Positions 22,531-25,157 of a stretch of DNA of 25,157 nt are shown piece by piece. The position numbers and the translations under genes were made by a program. The notes under the pieces are model-generated. The model did no database searches and had not been told where the DNA came from. It was given only the letters and a program-made list of their open reading frames with translations. This DNA comes from a virus: IMG/VR virus record IMGVR_UViG_3300010413_002660. One strand, written 5' to 3'. Within the stretch, counting starts at the first letter, position 1. Each line of letters starts with the position of its first letter.

Positions 22531-23010
22531 TTACTTGTCCACGAGGCAGCCCACATACACAGTGCGTGCCTCTTTGTTCTTCTTCCTATCCTCAAACAGA
22601 GATAGCATGACTCTGTTGCCCTCTAGGTCTGTAGCTGTAGCATTCAACACGAGTTCAATGCCTTCTCCGACAGGAGGTGCACCACGCATGCGTTCAAAAT
22701 TGTCTGTTGTGAAGCATGCAATGGTATAAATGCCATTCAAAATAGACACATGGCACATGGCACCTTCAGTTTTGGACTGTTTGAGGAAGTCGATCAGCTG
22801 GGTCCACGTAGTGAGGGATGACTGAATGCCAGGATTCTCCTTTATTGCAAAGCCAGAGGTATGTATTTCAAACCTCTTACGCTCAGACCCTTTTTGGGCA
22901 ACAAAACGGATCTTTGTCGGCATAGTAATAGGAGATTCACGCATCCCCGCTGATCTTATCAGATTCTCCAAAGACTGCAAAGCCTCTTCTGGAATCATAA
23001 GGTCATCCAT
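22531..23010 (-). CDS. Hypothetical protein (159 aa, MDDLMIPEE...)
   Basis: ATG 23010 behind AAGGAG, two bases after the vWA stop. Confidence 0.8.
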   Translation of the reverse strand: MDDLMIPEEALQSLENLIRSAGMRESPITMPTKIRFVAQKGSERKRFEIHTSGFAIKENPGIQSSLTTWTQLIDFLKQSKTEGAMCHVSILNGIYTIACFTTDNFERMRGAPPVGEGIELVLNATATDLEGNRVMLSLFEDRKKNKEARTVYVGCLVDK

Positions 23011-23012
23011 AT

Positions 23013-24290
23013 TTATCTCCTTATTGTGTTCCAATCGAGGTACATTCCAACACCACCTGTGGATCTAGCCAGCTGATTCAGCCCTGGATTTTCTCCCTGG
23101 CATGTGAAACTATGCAGTCGTATGCCTTGGAGATCAGCTGAAGTAGATTGTATCTGATCGTCACCATCAGAAACTATAACGATCTCAGGTCGGTGTAAAG
23201 GATTTTCCTCCATCAGTTCACGGATTCTGGTAGAGACCACATTCAAAGCTTGATCTATCTGTGTGCCTCCGTCTGGACGCCGCCCAAGTATAGCTTCTTG
23301 CAAAGCTCTCTTGGCGGTTTCCTTGTTATGGATGTGATACTCAGGATGAACCTCGTGGGTAAACCACCTGAACCACATCTCTGCGTCACCACGGGCCACA
23401 GCCTTTACTCTGTTGTACAGCGCGCCCAAAGCAAATTTGAATCGATCCTCCCAGGACATCGATCCAGAGCTATCCACTACCATATAGATAAGCTGCTTTT
23501 TCTCTGTACGAATAATATGCTCACGCACAGGGGTTTGCTGTGTAACATGCTTATAAAGTCTGAAAGACTCAGGCAATGCCCACTCAGATGAATGCATCTT
23601 CTGCATTTCATCCATGGAAATCATTGGTCGGTATCTTACTTCATCTCCTTCGGGGTCAACAGTCGCTTCATTCAGTCTGTAAACACGAAGCGCGCTGATT
23701 TTATCGAGATGCCTAGAAATCTTCACAATCTCGCTCATGTTGCAGGACATGAAGTCCGCAAACTGACCAGGATTCTCATCTGGATCTTCTTCGTAATCCA
23801 TAAGCTCTCGATCTTCTGTATCCAGATTCCTAAACAACTGTATGCCCTTGTTCATTGACTCGGAATTCATATTCTGGCTTTCCTCCATAGCTTTCAGTAT
23901 CCCTACTGACTTCTCTAGAGGAGTCTTGCCAGGGGCATAATTGACATGCAAATCTTGAAGAAAATCTCTCAAGCGAGACATGAAGGACATTTCCCTCGTG
24001 GTTATGCCGTTTGCTTGCTTCTGAGCCCAATCACGATTTTCTCCTAGCTGAGCTGCTTGTTTCATCATAGACTTCATGGCAGTAGCTCTGATTTGAGATT
24101 GTAGTTGATCTGGCTCTTTGAACTTACCTCCTGACGCGAGATTAGCCATATCTTTCACAATGGAATAATAGGGCTTATTCTTGAGTTCAAATTTGCTAGC
24201 CAACATGTCTATCTCTTCCTTGTTAGGAGAGATATAATTATCGGCTGGCTCTGTTGCGTCCACGCCCAAATTATTTCTAAACATAGACAT
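23013..24290 (-). CDS. vWA-domain protein (ViaA-like partner of a MoxR AAA+ ATPase), 425 aa
   Basis: MIDAS DSSGS, GGTQIDQAL, IVIVSDG in the C-terminal third; TAAATG coupling to the ATPase. Confidence 0.9.
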   Translation of the reverse strand: MSMFRNNLGVDATEPADNYISPNKEEIDMLASKFELKNKPYYSIVKDMANLASGGKFKEPDQLQSQIRATAMKSMMKQAAQLGENRDWAQKQANGITTREMSFMSRLRDFLQDLHVNYAPGKTPLEKSVGILKAMEESQNMNSESMNKGIQLFRNLDTEDRELMDYEEDPDENPGQFADFMSCNMSEIVKISRHLDKISALRVYRLNEATVDPEGDEVRYRPMISMDEMQKMHSSEWALPESFRLYKHVTQQTPVREHIIRTEKKQLIYMVVDSSGSMSWEDRFKFALGALYNRVKAVARGDAEMWFRWFTHEVHPEYHIHNKETAKRALQEAILGRRPDGGTQIDQALNVVSTRIRELMEENPLHRPEIVIVSDGDDQIQSTSADLQGIRLHSFTCQGENPGLNQLARSTGGVGMYLDWNTIRR

Positions 24291-25157
24291 TTAGACCCTC
24301 ACATTCCGCTCCGCGGCTTCCTCCAGTTTGTTGGCCAGAGCAGTCAGGGCTTCCACCAGATTATCCCTGGTACCAACCACAGATTCAGGAACCCTTTCTC
24401 GCATGAGTGCAGTGATCTCCATCTTGACTCGTTTCTTCAGCTGAAGCAGAGGAATGGGAGTTTGCTTGATACTATTCGATTCTGCTTCCAGTTCTCTATA
24501 AGCATCAAGATGCTTGTCAATCAGTTCGCTGGCAGCCGCACGATCCGCTGCGTCTCTCAGGTCCTGAGCCATCGAGCCGGTCAGATCGTCACACCCAGGA
24601 AGATACTGAATAGCCATGATATCATCCACCATGACTTTGTTGCGACCTTTTATTGCGGCAGAGGCTCTCAGCATCCTAAGGCACAGCACTGCAGTCCTAG
24701 GAGAAATGTTTATTCCCTTAGTTGCAGCATTACCAACGAGAGACGCCAGTGTATCCAGAACAGAACGCGGAATTTCCAGATCCTTTGCATGCTCCTGATA
24801 TTCCCTCAGCTCACGCAGACTCATCTTTGGAATGCTAGCTCTGTGAGTAACAACAGAGAACAACTCCGAGAAATCATCCATCTCGTACTTTTCCCATTCT
24901 ACTCGCAGCTGCAGAAACCTTTCGATCAGAGCTTGAGCAGAAGGACCCATGCCTGCTACCTCATGAGGCTCACGGTTCGTGGCAGCTATAATAGAGAAAG
25001 TGCGCATAGGGAATTTCTGCCAACCGCTGTTGTATTGTCCGGAAGTTAGGACATATTTCAGGGCCATAAGAACATTGACCGGCGCATCGAAAATCTCTTC
25101 GAAGACAGCGATGTCCCAATCCAAGAATGATCTTTCCAGATAATACTCAATCCTCTT
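24291..25157 (-). CDS. RavA/MoxR-type AAA+ ATPase, 5' part outside the window
   Basis: Frame is open to the window edge (KRIEYYLERSFLDW...); Walker B IAVFEE, sensor-1 AATN, ALIERF arginine finger, ISPR lid motif. Confidence 0.88.
   Translation of the reverse strand, partial: KRIEYYLERSFLDWDIAVFEEIFDAPVNVLMALKYVLTSGQYNSGWQKFPMRTFSIIAATNREPHEVAGMGPSAQALIERFLQLRVEWEKYEMDDFSELFSVVTHRASIPKMSLRELREYQEHAKDLEIPRSVLDTLASLVGNAATKGINISPRTAVLCLRMLRASAAIKGRNKVMVDDIMAIQYLPGCDDLTGSMAQDLRDAADRAAASELIDKHLDAYRELEAESNSIKQTPIPLLQLKKRVKMEITALMRERVPESVVGTRDNLVEALTALANKLEEAAERNVRV

Noticed and set aside
1-25157. All plus-strand ORFs in the track (e.g. 2598-3065, 9911-10489, 24462-25049)
   Set aside because: They shadow SD-led minus-strand genes, lack RBSs and have atypical composition.
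1-25157. CRISPR array, IS/transposase, integrase, reverse transcriptase (DGR/retron)
   Set aside because: No regularly spaced repeats and no recognisable catalytic motifs; the hairpin repeats are kilobases apart.
1-25157. Borg-like archaeal element
   Set aside because: No arrays of perfect tandem repeats; bacterial-type SD sites, terminators and gene families dominate.

Overview
A 25-kb stretch of almost entirely co-oriented (minus-strand), short, tightly packed genes with strong Shine-Dalgarno sites and frequent ATGA/TAAATG coupling. It most resembles the accessory or early region of a large bacteriophage or another large mobile element. The window has no capsid, terminase, integrase, polymerase, tRNA or CRISPR hallmark, so the element type is an inference. 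Recognisable families are a RavA/MoxR-type AAA+ ATPase (5'-truncated) with a vWA partner, a MYG1/UPF0160 DHH hydrolase, two GNAT acetyltransferases, an FmdB-type zinc ribbon, DUF805, GlsB/YeaQ/YmgE and a 59-aa DUF4258-like protein missed by the ORF track. Most other ORFs are hypothetical, many of them CxxC zinc ribbons or small membrane proteins. The strongest leads are four: (1) a 191-aa protein with sigma-54-like N- and C-termini but no core-binding region; (2) an 18-bp, pseudoknot-capable structured RNA candidate directly downstream of it; (3) a ~600-nt densely base-paired non-coding RNA candidate at 12.48-13.12 kb; (4) a dispersed intergenic hairpin family with a conserved (TA)GGGTA(A)GAGGG core. 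All helices and alignments were read by eye; no folding or database search was run.
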